Shown here piece after piece: positions 12,924 through 26,504 of a stretch of 64,000 nucleotides of DNA (within the stretch, counting starts at the first letter, position 1; every line of letters starts with the position of its first letter). The translations under genes were made by a program, and so were the position numbers. The DNA lies in NCBI GenBank assembly GCA_032718475.1, contig JAUCBJ010006256.1, positions 9,229 to 73,228 on the forward strand, in the 5' to 3' direction. Under the pieces are notes generated by a model. It ran no database searches. It had not been told where the DNA came from and saw nothing but the letters and a program-made list of their open reading frames with translations. The DNA comes from Nemertoderma westbladi. Lineage: Eukaryota > Animalia > Xenacoelomorpha.

Positions 12924-13362
12924 AAAAGTTATAATAATTATTCATGAATCAATAATTATTGCTGTTCAATTTATTTCAGGGAAATTCGTTGAGTAGAAAC
13001 ATATGTAATTATCAGATTCTGCATTTTTGCACTTCTGTTTCTCGCTACTTTTCCTTGTTTCGGCGTCTATATTCTACCTATATTACTTTTTTTTAAAGAA
13101 AACTCTATAATTAGAGCCATTGTGTCAATTATTTTCTTCCACCACTGCGTGGAACATCGTGGTATTTATTGCTATTTCAAAATATATTTTAGAAGGAAAA
13201 AAGTTCTGGAAGGGCCATACCTCACTACTTGTTAATTAGAGCCCCCTAGTGGATCATATTAGTATTTCATTTACATCTAAGCAAGTTTGTTGGGTATGCT
13301 CAAAAGTTATATATTCGCACTGGCCCTTATCGGCCAATGCATATATATATATATATATATAT

Positions 13363-13405
13363 AAAATGCAGCTGCAATGCAGAATGCCGATCGTAGTAGT
13401 AGTAG
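13363..13405 (+). mobile_element. ~43-bp RTE 3'-end stub
   Basis: AAAATGCAGCTGCAATGCAGAATGCCGATC+(TAG)n matches the 3' UTR and tail of the RTE copies at 10798 and 42234. Confidence 0.8.
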
Positions 13406-13694
13406 ACCTGTACTCGTGTGTACACATCACCGAGTTCTAGATTGGGGTCATCTTAATCTTCTACTTCTTTTTGCTCTTGATCAGTTTGTTCTGTGTCAGA
13501 TCCTCATGGGGTTATATTGCTGTCTGTCGCACGGGTCTGGCTGCGTCCTTTGGGATCAGGGACTTACTTGGTTAGAAAGCATCATTTCTTTTAGGACGGT
13601 TGTACCATTCTTTTTCTTAATTGTGGTTTACTACAGTGTGTTTGTTCTATGCATTTTCTTTATAACTGAAGTTATTACCGACGTATTACTGTGT

Positions 13695-15460
13695 CAAGTA
13701 CATTGCACACATTTCCAACCAGACACTATATAACATTGGAGGTGTCTCATTGGTTCCCCCAAGCTTGACACTAGAACAAACTTTGCAGGACATTTTTTCA
13801 CCGTAAGGACCAACACATAACGGTCTTTGAAAAGTTGGTGCAAAGCTATACAATATATTTATAATAAATCACAGCAGGGATCCCATTGAGAGACTGCTCC
13901 ATGGAAATCGGAATGGGTTCCGTAAAGGTCGTGGGACCATTGAGCCCATTTTGGCACTTAGAAGGATAATTGAAGAGTTATCAAAGAAGAAAGAGAGGCC
14001 TCTATCTGGCTGTTATCTTTGTTGACTTCTTTAAGGCCTTTGATTCAGTCTCTCGCTCACGTATGTTCAGCATGCTTTCATTATATGGGATTCCTGATGA
14101 AATTTCCATAAAGGTCTTGGGACCATGGAGCCCATTTTGGCACTTAGAAGGATAATTGAAGAGTTATCAAAGAAGAAAGTGAGGCCTCTATCTGGAAGTT
14201 ACCTTTGTTGACTTCTTCAAGGCCTTTGATTCAGTCTCTCGCTCACGTATGTACAGCATACTTTCCTTATATGGGATTCCTGATGAAATTATTGCAGTAA
14301 TCATATCAGTATACGATGGTTCGACGACATTTGTGTCTACTGTAGATGGTGACACAGAACCATTCGAAGTGTTATGGGGAGTCCTCCAGGGAGACACACT
14401 TGCGCCATCCTTGTTCATAATTTTGGTTGACTATGTTCTACGCATGTCCTTAGATCATCATAATAATGATGGGGGTGATGGTAACTCCACCTACTGGCTC
14501 CAGAAGTTGAGGAAATCCTGCCAAGTACATAACTGATCTAGACTTTGCTGATGAGTTAGTAGTACTCTCATAATCACGAGAGGGAGCCCAACTCAGCTCA
14601 TTAGAACAGGCTGCTTCTAGTGTTGGTCTTTTTATTAACTCCAAAAAGACCACAATTTTGACAGTTAACTTTGAAAGTCCTCACCAAGTCTTTGACCGGA
14701 TGAGCATAAGCTCCAAGGATGGTATGCTTGAGCATGTGGACGACTTCTGTTACCTGGGATCATGGATCTGGAAGTGAGGTGAGGACCTTCGAATACGTAA
14801 GGGAAAGGCATGGGCAGCCTTGAATGGGCTTTCCAGGATTTGGAAGTCACATAGAAGCCATTGGGAACATAAGGTTCGATTATTTAGAGCAGCAGTAGTT
14901 CCACAGGACTGAGGACTGAGGACACCAAATCTCTGGATGGCACATTCACAAGAATGATAACGCCGGGTACACAGTATCAAGTACAATCAATGCTCACATC
15001 TCCAACCAGACACTATATAACATTGGAGGTGTCTCATTAGTTCCCCAAGCTTGACACTTGAACAAAGGCGCCTCCACTCTGCAGGACATTGTTTTCGCTG
15101 TGAGGACAAGCCGTGCATAATCTGGTGCTTTGGCAACCCCATGGAGAAAATAAGCATGGTGGTCAGCCCAGACGTTAGTGAGACGCCTCTTAAAGGACAC
15201 AGTCCTTGAAGATGGGGATAGTTTCGTGAAAGTCATGGGGGATAGGGAGTTGTGGCGGTGCAATTTTGTTGATAAAGCTAACATAGAATTCTTAATGCAC
15301 AGCACACTGTATCACTGAGCACACTGTCAATTGTAGATTGTGGTGTATGTTGGGGTGCGATGTGGATTGCATGGTGGTGGCACAAAAATAATTTTGTTTA
15401 AGCCAGCATAGCTTCTCAATGTGCAGATTCAATGCAGCAGGCCGATTATAGTAGTAGTAG
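13695..15460 (+). mobile_element. Decayed, rearranged RTE-clade LINE (RT domain to 3' tail)
   Basis: Motifs FVDFFKAFDSVSR, GVLQGDTLAP, DLDFADE; internal duplication ~13925-14105 / 14108-14290; extra 3' piece at 13695-13835; (TAG)n tail at 15448-15460; frameshifts. Confidence 0.9.
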
Positions 15461-15769
15461 GCCCTAGTATTATTATACTATTAATTTGTCATAGGTTAAT
15501 TTCTTGTGCAAATGTGGTTATTAAGTTCTAGAACAAATTAATTGAAGAAAATCATGATTAAGGGAAATGAAATTCCTCAAAAATTAAAAAATTAAAACAT
15601 AATTTTTCAAGCACATTTCTGGTAAATTTACCCTATTAATTGGTCCCAATTATATTATATATTATATATATACTGTAGATAGGCCTATAAATTATTGTAG
15701 GAAGATGCAGTAGGCCTATATTTCTTGAATATATAAGAAACCGTCGTGGAATAAGGGATCCGGTTTAGT

Positions 15770-16012
15770 GTATATATATTTGTAAGCATAAAATAATAAA
15801 TAAAAATATATTATATTAAATAAACCTACTTTATTTTTAATTTATTTAATTAAAAAATAGTTGGTTTTCTACGCTTGAAAAATATATATTATATCGAAAG
15901 CTTGTGATAAAGTTATATATGAAATTTTTCTGTTGTCGATCTAGGTTTAAATAATATTTTATTTAAAAATAATATTTTATTTATTTATTATTTTATGCTT
16001 ACAAATATATAG
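15770..16012. mobile_element. AT-rich palindromic MITE-like element
   Basis: ATATATTTGTAAGCATAAAATAATAAATAAA is inverted to TTTATTTATTATTTTATGCTTACAAATATAT. Confidence 0.6.
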
Positions 16013-16896
16013 ATAGGCCTATATATAAATTTGGCTGTGTGATTCATCCTAATTCTCTTTAAGAGAAGTTGTTTTTTTGGATAACATGTGTTGGACTCCC
16101 TCTCCTACAGTAGATCGGAAGAGAGGTTGGAGCTCAGGGAGCTCAGTCAAAGGCTTCATGGAGTTACCCATACCCAATGGGCTGATTTACAGACAATGTA
16201 CACAGCTAGTTTTAAACCATGTTATCCCATTGCAGATTTGGAGGTCTATTCCTAAACTCTATATCCATGCCTGACTCAACAAAAGACCTCATTATGACCA
16301 GACCTATCGATTACTGGCTGGTCAGAATCAATAATGGTCACATGGCAATGAAAACTGCAATTATAAATTGATGGAACAGATTGATTGTCATAACAGTGAA
16401 GCACTCAAAACAAGTAATAATTTGCCTGTAATTATAAAACAATAAGTCACCATTTTGATTGAGTGGTTTTTTTTAATGATGAATGACATTTTAGTCTTCT
16501 GTTTACTAATGGTGTGTTCTGGGATAAGTTTTATTGCTTACAGCTGTTCCTTTTAAAATTATCAAATTAATTTCAAATAATATAATCTGTATGTAGATGC
16601 CATTTCCTCATTCTATCATTATTCAGTAAATATATACAGTCACTGCATTTTAAAAATAAACGTTTTAATCTCAATTTATTCAAAACACCCGAAGTCGTCT
16701 TTGCTTTAATGGTCATTTAACAAAGGTTAGCACCAAATATATATATATATATAAAGCGTCAGTCTTATTAAGATGTGAAACCATTGGGTTTCGATTCTGG
16801 ATCAGGACTTTTTGATGAGTTTCTATGTCTTTTTGTTGTTGAAGATTAGGCAGTTTCGCTTGCTAGTTGATCTAGTATAAGATTATATATATATTT

Positions 16897-18470
16897 AACT
16901 AGTGACGGGCCTAGCGGCCCGATAAGGAACCGACTTTTTATTTCAAATAAAAGAGACAACGAGCTCGGCTCGGTCTTGCACGATTGGGCACGATTAAGTT
17001 CGACTTGGCTTGATCGGCTCGGTTTGGCTCGATTAGGCTCGGCTCAGCTCGGCTCGGCTCGGCTCGGCTCGGCTCGGCTCGGCTCGGCTCGGCTCGGCTC
17101 GGCTCGGCTCGGCTCGGCTCGGCTCGGCTCGGCTCGGCTCGGCTCGGCTCGGCTCGGCTGGGCTCGGCTCGGCTCGGCTTGGCTCGGCCTGGCTCGGCTC
17201 GGCTCGGCTCGGCTCGGCTAGGCTTGGCCTGGCTCGGCTCGGCTCGGCACGGCTCGGCTCGGCTCGGCTCGGCTCGGCTCGGCTCGGCTCGGCTCGGCTC
17301 GGCTCGGCTCGGCTCGGCTCGGCTCGGCTCGGCTCGGCTCGGCTCGGCACGGCTCGGCTCGGCTCGGCTCGGTTCGGCTCGGTTCGGCTTGGCTCGGCTC
17401 GGCTCGGCTCGGCTCGGCTCGGCTCGGCTCGGCTCGGCTCGGCTCGGCTCGGCTCGGCTCGGCTCGGCTCGGCTCGGCTCGGCTTGGCTCGGTCTGAGTC
17501 GACTCCCCGTGCTGCTCGAAGGGCGCAAATACATATATCGAAGGGTCAAAGCAAAACTCACGTGCTGCTCGAAGGGACAAAGTCAAACATTGTGTCTATT
17601 ATTTGATCATCTCACGTGCTGCTAGAAGGGCGCAACTACATATAACGAAACAAGCCCCTGTCTTGTATTTTAATTATATCAGAAATCATTGCCTTCAGTA
17701 CAAATATCTAAAAATTCATTCACCTGAAGTATGGGTAACATTATAAATTCGTTTTTCGCACAGTAGAGTTAACTAAGCAAATACCCTCCAGGTTGACTGA
17801 ATGATTTTATTAATGTTTGCCATGCATAATGTACTATATTTGGGTCCCATGACCCACCCCATTGAACAGCTTTGCTTACATCTGATAGAAAGTAATCCCA
17901 AATTAACTTCCCTCTACGAAAATTATTTTAATTAAATACATACAACATAGCAGTCAACTCTGCTATCAACAGTACACAATAACTAAAATGGCATTCAGCT
18001 TACCAGCTATTCGCATTAAGCTAATAGATATTAGATTTCATTGGATTCAGTGAGTGTGTGAGGGCTATTGGGAGAGCAATCAGCTTATGATGTAATACAT
18101 TAGAATCCCACAGCTTTTGTTTGCTTACTGTCTGAGTTGTAGAGTGAGGATAATACTTGGCAGAGAAAGCATTTCCTTGTTAGGTGGCCATTCCTATAGA
18201 ATAGCATTACTAGGCCATCTCTCTATGCATTTTTCATGAGTGCCAGCTGGTGTTTTTATCATTGCGCCTATGGCGTTTTTTCGTTTATGTCTATTTTTGG
18301 AACCCACAGCTCATGGACAAAATAGCGGAACATACCAGGGACCTTAGAATCGCGGTATCTAGCCGCTGTGAAAATTTCATCAAAATCGTTAGAGTAGTTT
18401 TGGCTGTAGATCAGTCAGTCAGCCAGCCAGTCTCGAGCAATTCTTACAGTAATGAACCTCTCGGTTCCTA
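16897..18470 (-). mobile_element. Helentron-associated non-autonomous element (DINE-1/HINE-like), copy 1
   Basis: Minus strand: 5' TTAGGAACCGAGAGGTTC (subTIR plus hairpin), (GACT/GGCT)n microsatellite, central repeats, 3' subTIR TCGGTTCCT, stem-loop CGGGCC-GCTA-GGCCCG, CTAGTT end. Confidence 0.85.
17036..17492. repeat. (GGCTC)n pentamer array inside HINE copy 1
   Basis: Direct inspection; source of the AEPSR/LGSAR pseudo-ORFs. Confidence 0.97.
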
Positions 18471-19952
18471 ACTAGTGACGGGCCTAGCGGCCCGATAAGG
18501 AACCGACTTTTTATTTTAAATAAAAGAGACAACGAGAATTAGTATAGAACTAATAATTATCTAAAAATACAATCATATTTCATACAATAATTATTAATAA
18601 ATTCGATCTATTATTAGTTGCTCAATTCTAGAACAAAATCGACCTGCAACTAGTGAAGACCTCGTTTTGGAATTTCGAAACCACGCTGATGCGATGCGCG
18701 ATATCGTGTTTAGTTAATAAATTGAAAACTCCATCAATTCATGTGCAACCAGTAATAAGAAATCGCGGTAAATGTAATTAAATAAAAATTATTCTAGAAA
18801 AATTTTCCTCAAAAAGTATGAAGTCTTGGCGTTGGTGACGCGAAACTAGGCTAGTGAGATTCAGGATATTGCGTTTAATATAAAAATCGAAAACGCTATC
18901 GAAATCCGTAAAGGCGTTAATAAAATACTGCAACTTTTTTGAAATTTGTAAAATTCTAGAACTGGAAAAAATTAATTTTTGAACGGCGCTGTTTGGGGTT
19001 TGGAAACATGGATAGGCTGAAAGAGGACATCGAATTAAGTTGAAAAATGAAAACCCCATCGAATTTGGACAAATCGTTCCGGAGTTATAGCGGATCGAAA
19101 AAAATTGACCCCCCCCAGTCGCCAAAAATTTACAGTAATTTAAAATTTTGCAAAAAAAATTTTTTGCGTTATTTTTGATGGCGAATCGATTGGCAGTACT
19201 GGCTACGAAAAAATTTTTTTGGAAATTTTTGGTCAGAAAAAAAAACATGGAAAAAGTATATTTTTAAAAAGATTTCATGTCTTTGCCTATGGTCAGAGAA
19301 TGATCCAACTCTGTAACTTGGCAATCGCTCAAATCCATTCAGCTGAATGGCACAGTAGAGTAAACTAAAGTAAATTCCCTATACAATGTTCTGAAGGGGA
19401 GACTGACAGAGAGTATTCCAACAATAAAACATTTTGCAATAATGTTGGCATTAATGTAGCCAACTCACTGTGTATGTAACAGTCATTCAGCTTACATTAG
19501 CAGAGTGAGATATTCCCATAGATTGCATTGGGAAGAGTAATTCAGCTGAGGCGATATTAGATTTCAAACTAAACCAACCAGTTAATAATGTTTGCTTTGA
19601 CAGAGAGTGGTGGCCTATACAAACAGTATGGGTGTACTGAGTATAATAATCTTGGCAACCTCATCGATTTATTACTAAGCCTTCTGTAGAAATGCATTAC
19701 ATAAGCCATTTTTCATCACGACACCAGCTGTTATTGGTGTTATTTTACCATTGCGCCTATGGCGTTTTTTCGTTCTCTATTTTTCGAGCCCAGAGGCTAT
19801 GGACGGAGTAGCCGATCATGCCAGGGACCTTAGAATCGCGGTATCTAGATGCTGTGAAAATTTCATCAAAATCGTTAGAGTAGTTTTGGCTGTAGATCAG
19901 CCAGCCAGTCAGCCACGAGCAATTCTTACAGTAATGAACCTCTCGGTTCCTA
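18471..19952 (-). mobile_element. HINE-like element, copy 2 (same termini, different interior, no GGCTC array)
   Basis: Same ACTAGTGACGGGCCTAGCGGCCCGATAAGGAACCGA start and AATGAACCTCTCGGTTCCTA end; 18540-19300 does not match the other copies. Confidence 0.85.
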
Positions 19953-21922
19953 ACTAGTGACGGGCCTAGCGGCCCGATAAGGAACCGACTTTTTATTTCA
20001 AATAAAAGAGACAATGAGCTCGCTCGGTCTGGCACGATTGGGCTCGATTCAGTTCGACTTGGCTTGATCGGCTCGGTTTGGCTCGATTGGGCTAGACTCG
20101 GCTTGATTGGGCTCGACTTGACACATCTCGATTCGGCTCAATCGGCTTGATTGGGTTCGACTCAGCTCGGTCCGGCTCGAATTGGCTCGAATTGGCTCGA
20201 TTGGGCTCGACTCGGCTCGATTGGGCTCGAATCGGCGGCTCGATTGGGATTGATTGGGCTTGACTCGGCTTGATTTGGCTCAACTTGGGTCAGTCCGGCT
20301 CGATTGGGCTCGACTTAGGCTTGATTGGGCTCGAATCGGCTCTATTTGGCTCGACTCGATTCGATTGGGCTCGACTCGGCTTGATTGGGCTCGACTCGAC
20401 TCAGTCCGGCTCAATTTGGCGTGACACGGCTCAATTGGGCTCGGCTCGGCTCGGTCTGAGTCGACTCAGCTCGATTCGGCTCAATCGGCTCGATTGGGTT
20501 CGACTCGGCTCGGTCTGGCTCGACTTGGCTCAATTGGGCTCAATCCGCTCGACTCGGCTCGATTGGGATTGATTGGGTTTGACTCGGCTCGATTTGTCTC
20601 AACTTGGCTCAGTCTGGCTCGATTGGGCTCGACTTGGCTCGGTCCGGCTCAATTAGGCTCGACTAGGATTGATTGAGCTCGACTCGGCTCTATTGGGCTC
20701 GACTCGACTCGATTGGGCTTGCCTCGCCTCAGTCTGGCTCGACTAGGCTTGATTGGGCTCAACTCGGCTCCGTTCGGCTTGACTCGGCTCGATTGGGCTC
20801 GACTCGGCTTGATCGCCTCGATTGGTTCTATTCGGCTCGATCAGTATGATTCGGCTCGATTGACACACGCTGCTGGAAGGGTCAAAGCCAAACTCACGTG
20901 CTGCTCGAAGGGACAAAGTCAAACAGTGTGTCTATTATTTGATGTAACTCACGTGCTGCTCGAAGGGCGCAACATCATATGTCAAGGGTCAAAGCAAAAC
21001 TCACGTGCTGCTAGAAGGGACAAAGTCAAACATTGTGTCTAATATTTGATTAACTCACGTGCTGCTCGAAGGGCGCAACTACATATATCGAAACAAGCCC
21101 CTGTCTTGTATTTTAATAATAATATAATAATGTACACTTCCCAACGGGGTAAATGAAATTCGGTAAAATCATATTATTATTTTATCAATAAAATAGATAT
21201 AAAATAAAAATAAATCAATTTGTATTTTAATTCTATCAGAAATCGTTGCCATGCATAATGTACTATATTTGGGTCCCATGACCCACCCCATTGAACAGCT
21301 TTGCTTACATCTGATAGAGAGTAATCCCAAATTAACTTCCCTCTACGAAAATTATTTTAATTAAATACATGCAACATAGCAGTCTACTCTACAGTCAACA
21401 GTAGTAGGCGTACACAATAACTAAAATGGCATTCAGCTTACCAGCTATTCGCATTAAGCTAATAGATATTCGATTTCATTCGATTCAGTGAGTGTGTGAG
21501 GGCTATTGGGAGAGCAATCAGCTTATGATGTAATACATTAGAAGCCCACGGCTTTTGTTTGCTTACTGTCTGAGTTGTAGAGTGAGGATAATACTTGGCA
21601 GAGAAAGCATTTCCTTGTTAGGTGGCCATTCCTATAGAATAGCATTACTAGGCCATCTCTATCCATTTTTCATGAGTGCCAGCTGGTGTTTTTATCATTG
21701 CGCCTATGGCGTTTTTTCGTTTATGTCTATTTTTCGAGCCCACGGCTCATGGACGAAATAGCGGAACATACCAGGGACCTTAGAATCGCGGTATCTAGCC
21801 GCTGTGAAAATTTCATCAAAATCGTTAGAGTAGTTTTGGCTGTAGATCAGTCAGTCAGTCAGTCAGTCAGCCAGCCAGCCAGTCTCGAGCAATTCTTACA
21901 GTAATGAACCTCTCGGTTCCTA
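19953..21922 (-). mobile_element. HINE-like element, copy 3 with diverged pentamer array (~20015-20860)
   Basis: Same termini; array mixes GGCTC/GACTC/GATTG pentamers. Confidence 0.85.
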
Positions 21923-23475
21923 ACTAGTGACGGGCCTAGCGGCCCGATAAGGAACCGACTTTTAATTTCATATAAAAGAGACAACGAGCTCGGCTCGGTC
22001 TTGCACGATTGGGCACGATTAAGTTCGTCTTGGCTTGATCGGCTCGGCTCGGCTCGGCTCGGCTCGGCTCGGCTCGGCTCGGCTCGGCTCGGCTCGGCTC
22101 GGCTCGGCTCGGCTCGGCTCGGCTCGGCTCGGCTCGGCTCGGCTCGGCTCGGCTCGGCTCGGCTCGGCTCGGCTCGGCTCGGCTCGGCTCGGCTCGGCTC
22201 GGCTCGGCTCGGCTCGGCTCGGCTCGGCTCGGCTCGGCTCGGCTCGGCTCGGCTCGGCTCGGTTCGGCTCGGCTCGGCTCGGCTCGGCTCGGCTCGGCTC
22301 GGCTCGGCTCGGCTCGGCTCGGCTCGGCTCGGCTCGGCTCGGCTCGGCTCGGCTCGGCTCGGCTCGGCTCGGCTCGGTCTGAGTCGACTCCCCGTGCTGC
22401 TCGAAGGGCGCAAATACATATATCGAAGGGTCAAAGCAAAACTCACGTGCTGCTCGAAGGGACAAAGTCAAACAATGTGTCTATTATTTGATGTAATTCA
22501 CGTGCTGCTCGAAGGGCGCAAATACATATATCGAAGGCTCAAAGCAAAACTCACGTGCTGCTCGAAGGGACAAAGTCAAACATTGTGTCTATTATTTGAT
22601 TATCTCACGTGCTGCTAGAAGGGCGCAACTACATATATCGAAACAAGCCCCTGTCTTGTATTTTAATTATATCAGAAATCCTTGCCTTCAGTACAAATAT
22701 CTAAAAATTCTTTCACCTGAAGTATGGGTAACATTATAAATTCGTTTTTCGCACAGTAGAGTTAACTAAGCAAATACCCTCCAGGTTGACTGAATGATTT
22801 TATTAATGTTTGCCATGCATAATGTACTATATTTGGGTCCCATGACCCACCCCCATTGAACAGCTTTGCTTACATCTGATAGAAAGTAATCCCAAATTAA
22901 CTTCCCTCTACGAAAATTATTTTAATTAAATACATACAACATAGCAGTCTACTCTACAGTCAACAGTTCACAATAACTAAAATGGCATTCAGCTTACCAG
23001 CTATTCGCATTAAGCTAATAGATATACGATTTCATTCGATTCAGTGAGTGTGTGAGGGCTATTGGGAGAGCAATCAGCTTATGATGTAATACATTAGAAT
23101 CCTACGGCTTTTGTTTGCTTACTGTCTGAGTTGTAGAGTGAGGATAATACTTGGCACAGAAAGCATTTCCTCGTTAGGTGGCCATTCCTATAGAATAGCA
23201 TTACTAGGCCATCTCTATCCATTTTTCATGAGTGCCAGCTGGTGTTTTTATCATTGCGCCTATGGCGTTTTTTCGTTTATGTCCATTTTTCGAGCCCACG
23301 GCTCATGGACGAAATAGCGGAACATACCAGGGACCTTAGAATCGTGGTATCCAGCCGCTGTGAAAATTTCATCAAAATCGTTAGAGTGGTTTTGGCTAGA
23401 GATTAGTCAGTCAGTCAGTCAGTCAGTCAGCCAGTCTCGAGCAATTCTTACAGTAATGAACCTCTCGGTTCCTAA
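21923..23475 (-). mobile_element. HINE-like element, copy 4 with near-pure (GGCTC)n (22041-22377)
   Basis: Same termini; interior colinear with copy 1. Confidence 0.85.
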
Positions 23476-24354
23476 TAATTACTGTAAGGTATTTGTATTG
23501 CAAAGAATGCTGGTGAGTTCTCAATGTAGAAGCGGATGTAATGTAATGTGGATACTCGTCACGTATCTACATAATGTTGATGTTCTTCTATGAGTCAGTT
23601 CCGAGCAGGGCGAGCATGCCAGGTGCAGTACTGTATAAGTCTCGATAATGATCGGGGTGATCCAGATATAGTGAAATCTCCAGAAATTTTCAGAAAACTC
23701 GGAACTTACAGTAAAATAACTGTAGGCCTACAAACAGTTAGTTGGCCAGGTCCAAACCCCAATTTAAACTTACATGTAACCCTAACCCTATTTCATATGC
23801 TCTAATCTAAGAAATTTTGTGGAATTTTGGACCTTTGCGATTGACGCTTACAAATGACAGTTTTAATTAGGTTTAAATTTCGGGCCGCGATTTCACTTTG
23901 AACTAGGGTTTTGGACCGCCACTCTCGTAATCTGGGGAGTAAATGCTCTGGGAGAGGGGAGGGGGGGTATTTGGCGCTAGGTAAAAATGCCCGGGCGGCA
24001 TTTTCGCCTGCAGCACCGTCCTTAGAGAGCCACATCAAGTTCAAAACAGTTTGAAACATAAAAAAGGCAATTATAAATGGTGCAGTAATTAAACAAAGTT
24101 GAACAAATTTTGCTCACATTGTATTAAAATAATCTTTCCCTACTGGCTAGTCGCCTCGTTTTCTACGACAATCACTATTACAGCTACAGCTCCATTGCAA
24201 TGACGTGGATGACCTAACTAGGGACCACCAGGGCAAGTTATAACTTACTAAATTGTCTCTCTATAATAATACTGCAAATATTTCGTAAAATTTACAATAT
24301 TAAATAATCTCATTGCATTTGTTATATAAGAATAAGGTATAATATAGTAAAAGG

Positions 24355-24960
24355 TAATATTTATTTATTTATTTATTTACTCTTTAATCCGCACCAGGAG
24401 GCACATAGCTACAGAACAACATAACAAATACCTACCACATTACCCTTATGCATTACCAGTATGCAGTAGGCCTACGTACAGCACAAAATATACACATTAA
24501 TATGATAATACTAAAAAATAATAATAAGTCTTAAAAGTGACGGTTTCACGAAACGAAAAACCGTGAGAATGGTCTGCAAGCAGAGTAAATGGTTCGCACC
24601 AAATCATTCTGAGATTCACTGACCCGTTTGAAAAGGCTGTGTATTATCTGCTGTGAATATGACACAGCATTTGCAGATTTAATGTGCCGATTGAGAGTGA
24701 GATACTGGTCGGTTCATCGCCAGTAAGGCGAGAGATATTAAATAAAATACGAGCGCAATTGTTATACGCAACTTGTATTTTATCGTATACACGTTGAGAA
24801 TAATTTGAACGGGTCCACAGACTGTTACCATATATAGGAGTACAAAATGCACGAAATAAGGAAGATTTAACAGCAACGGAGGCATTGCCAAACTTCCTAA
24901 CAAGGGTATTCGCTCTAGCATACAATGAATGCATTTGATTAATGATGTCACAAGCTTGCA
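24355..24960 (-). mobile_element. RTE-X-like LINE 3' fragment with (TAAA)n tail
   Basis: LYARANTLVRKFGNASVAVKSSLFRAFCTPIYGNSLW...IQVAYNNCARILF, a post-RT region; TTTA repeat at 24361-24378; clade assignment from memory. Confidence 0.75.
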
Positions 24961-25429
24961 GCTGTTACCTCTTAAAATTATCGAATTATTTTCACATTAT
25001 ATTATCTGTACACATATCGCCTTTTCCTCATTATATTCAAACAGTTCACAGTACAGATGTGTTCAACATTATTGTGTTACATTATTGTGGCGTAATTATT
25101 ATTATAGGGCTGAATTTAAGACTAAAAATTATTAACAAAGGTTGGCAACATTGAAATATTATGTAGCTCAATTGGTAGAAAAAGATCTAGAAAAAGATCC
25201 TATATCATGTAGTACCTTAAGGTATATGAGTGATGTGATAGTGAGAATCCAGGTGTGTGCATAGAACGTAGATTAGCAAATAGGCTACTTTCATTTTCCA
25301 GTCCATATGTAACATACCACATACCTACACATCGGCAATACCACTAGGATGCATCTCCGGCCCTACAGCAACCTCCACAGTTTGTTATCAGCCACGTATA
25401 TCCCCAATTGATCTGCAGTATCAGTAGCA

Positions 25430-26190
25430 TCTGTCCGTCGTCACTGATCCCATCACCGATCCAAAGCAAATTGCTGAAGCTTTCAACCTGCACTTTACTA
25501 CCATAGGACCTAAACTAGCTAACGATATTCCTAAAGCTAACCACTCCCCACTACGCTTCATTAACCACACTCGTTCTAACTCATTTTCACTGGTAGAGAC
25601 ATCCCCTGTCGCAGTCCAATATCTAATTGTCCAATTAGACCCAAAAAATGCATCTAATGATTGTTTACCCATTAAACTATTACAGTTGTCTGCTAAATTA
25701 TTATCTGCTCATTTGTCTCACCTAATTAACCTATCGATAACTCGAGGCTTCTTCCTTAACGCACTTAAATTGGCTAAAGTCATACACGTATTCAATAGTG
25801 ACAACCCCTCGTACACTAATAACTACCGACCTATTTCTCTTCTACCCGTAATTAGCGAACTATACGAATCCATAATTAACAACCAACTACTTTCCTATCT
25901 AATTAAATATTCCATATTGTCTAATTCTCAATTCGGCTTTCGCCCTAAATCTACAACATCGCATGCTCTGCTATCCGCTGTAGAGAATAATCATAAATAC
26001 CTAGATCAAAAACTATACACAAGTGCAATATATAGATATAAAATTTATTTCGACACTATTGATCACTCTATCCTAACCTCTAAGCTATACTCCTATGGTA
26101 TCCGGGGAATACCGCAACAACTACTCTCAAGCTTCCTAGATTCTAGAACCCAATTTATCTCCATTGGTAACCACCATTCTTATATTCTAC
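25430..26190 (+). mobile_element. CR1/L2-group LINE ORF2 fragment
   Basis: AEAFNLHFTTIGPKLA, NYRPISLLP, QFGFRPKSTTSHAL, FDTIDHSIL, YGIRG. Confidence 0.9.
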
Positions 26191-26504
26191 TATTTAGTCT
26201 CTCTTTTTCGCCAATACTAATTCCTATTGTATATTGACGACTTTAGAAACATCATACATGAAGCTAGCTAATTGAAACTTGTATATCTGTGTGAGAGGGT
26301 GGATGGATAGGCTTTTGTAAATGGGAGTAGCGGGAGTTCTACTGTCAGAAAAAGTAATACCCCTAATTATTTTATTTACTGAAATTATAATCGGACGTAA
26401 GAAAAAAAGTGTGTGTGTTACCCCAAATTAGTAGGCCATAGTAACTGTATGGGTGAATAAGTGAGTAATATAGCATTCTAAGGACGGATTGCGGGAATAT
26501 GTAT

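Noticed and set aside
16077-16330. GC-richer coding-like island (similar case at 62382-62564)
   Set aside because: No recognisable motif or consistent splice signals; cannot be supported
16760-16825. Penelope-type hammerhead ribozyme (CGAAAC on the minus strand)
   Set aside because: No CUGANGA core at the right position; the CTGATGA hits I noticed elsewhere lie within RTE coding sequence
16938-22618. Long AEPSR/LGSAR repeat ORFs
   Set aside because: Translations of (GGCTC)n, which is stop-free in all frames; they lie inside HINE elements
23778-23790. Interstitial telomere (TAACCCTAACCCTA)
   Set aside because: Only about two units; too short to support
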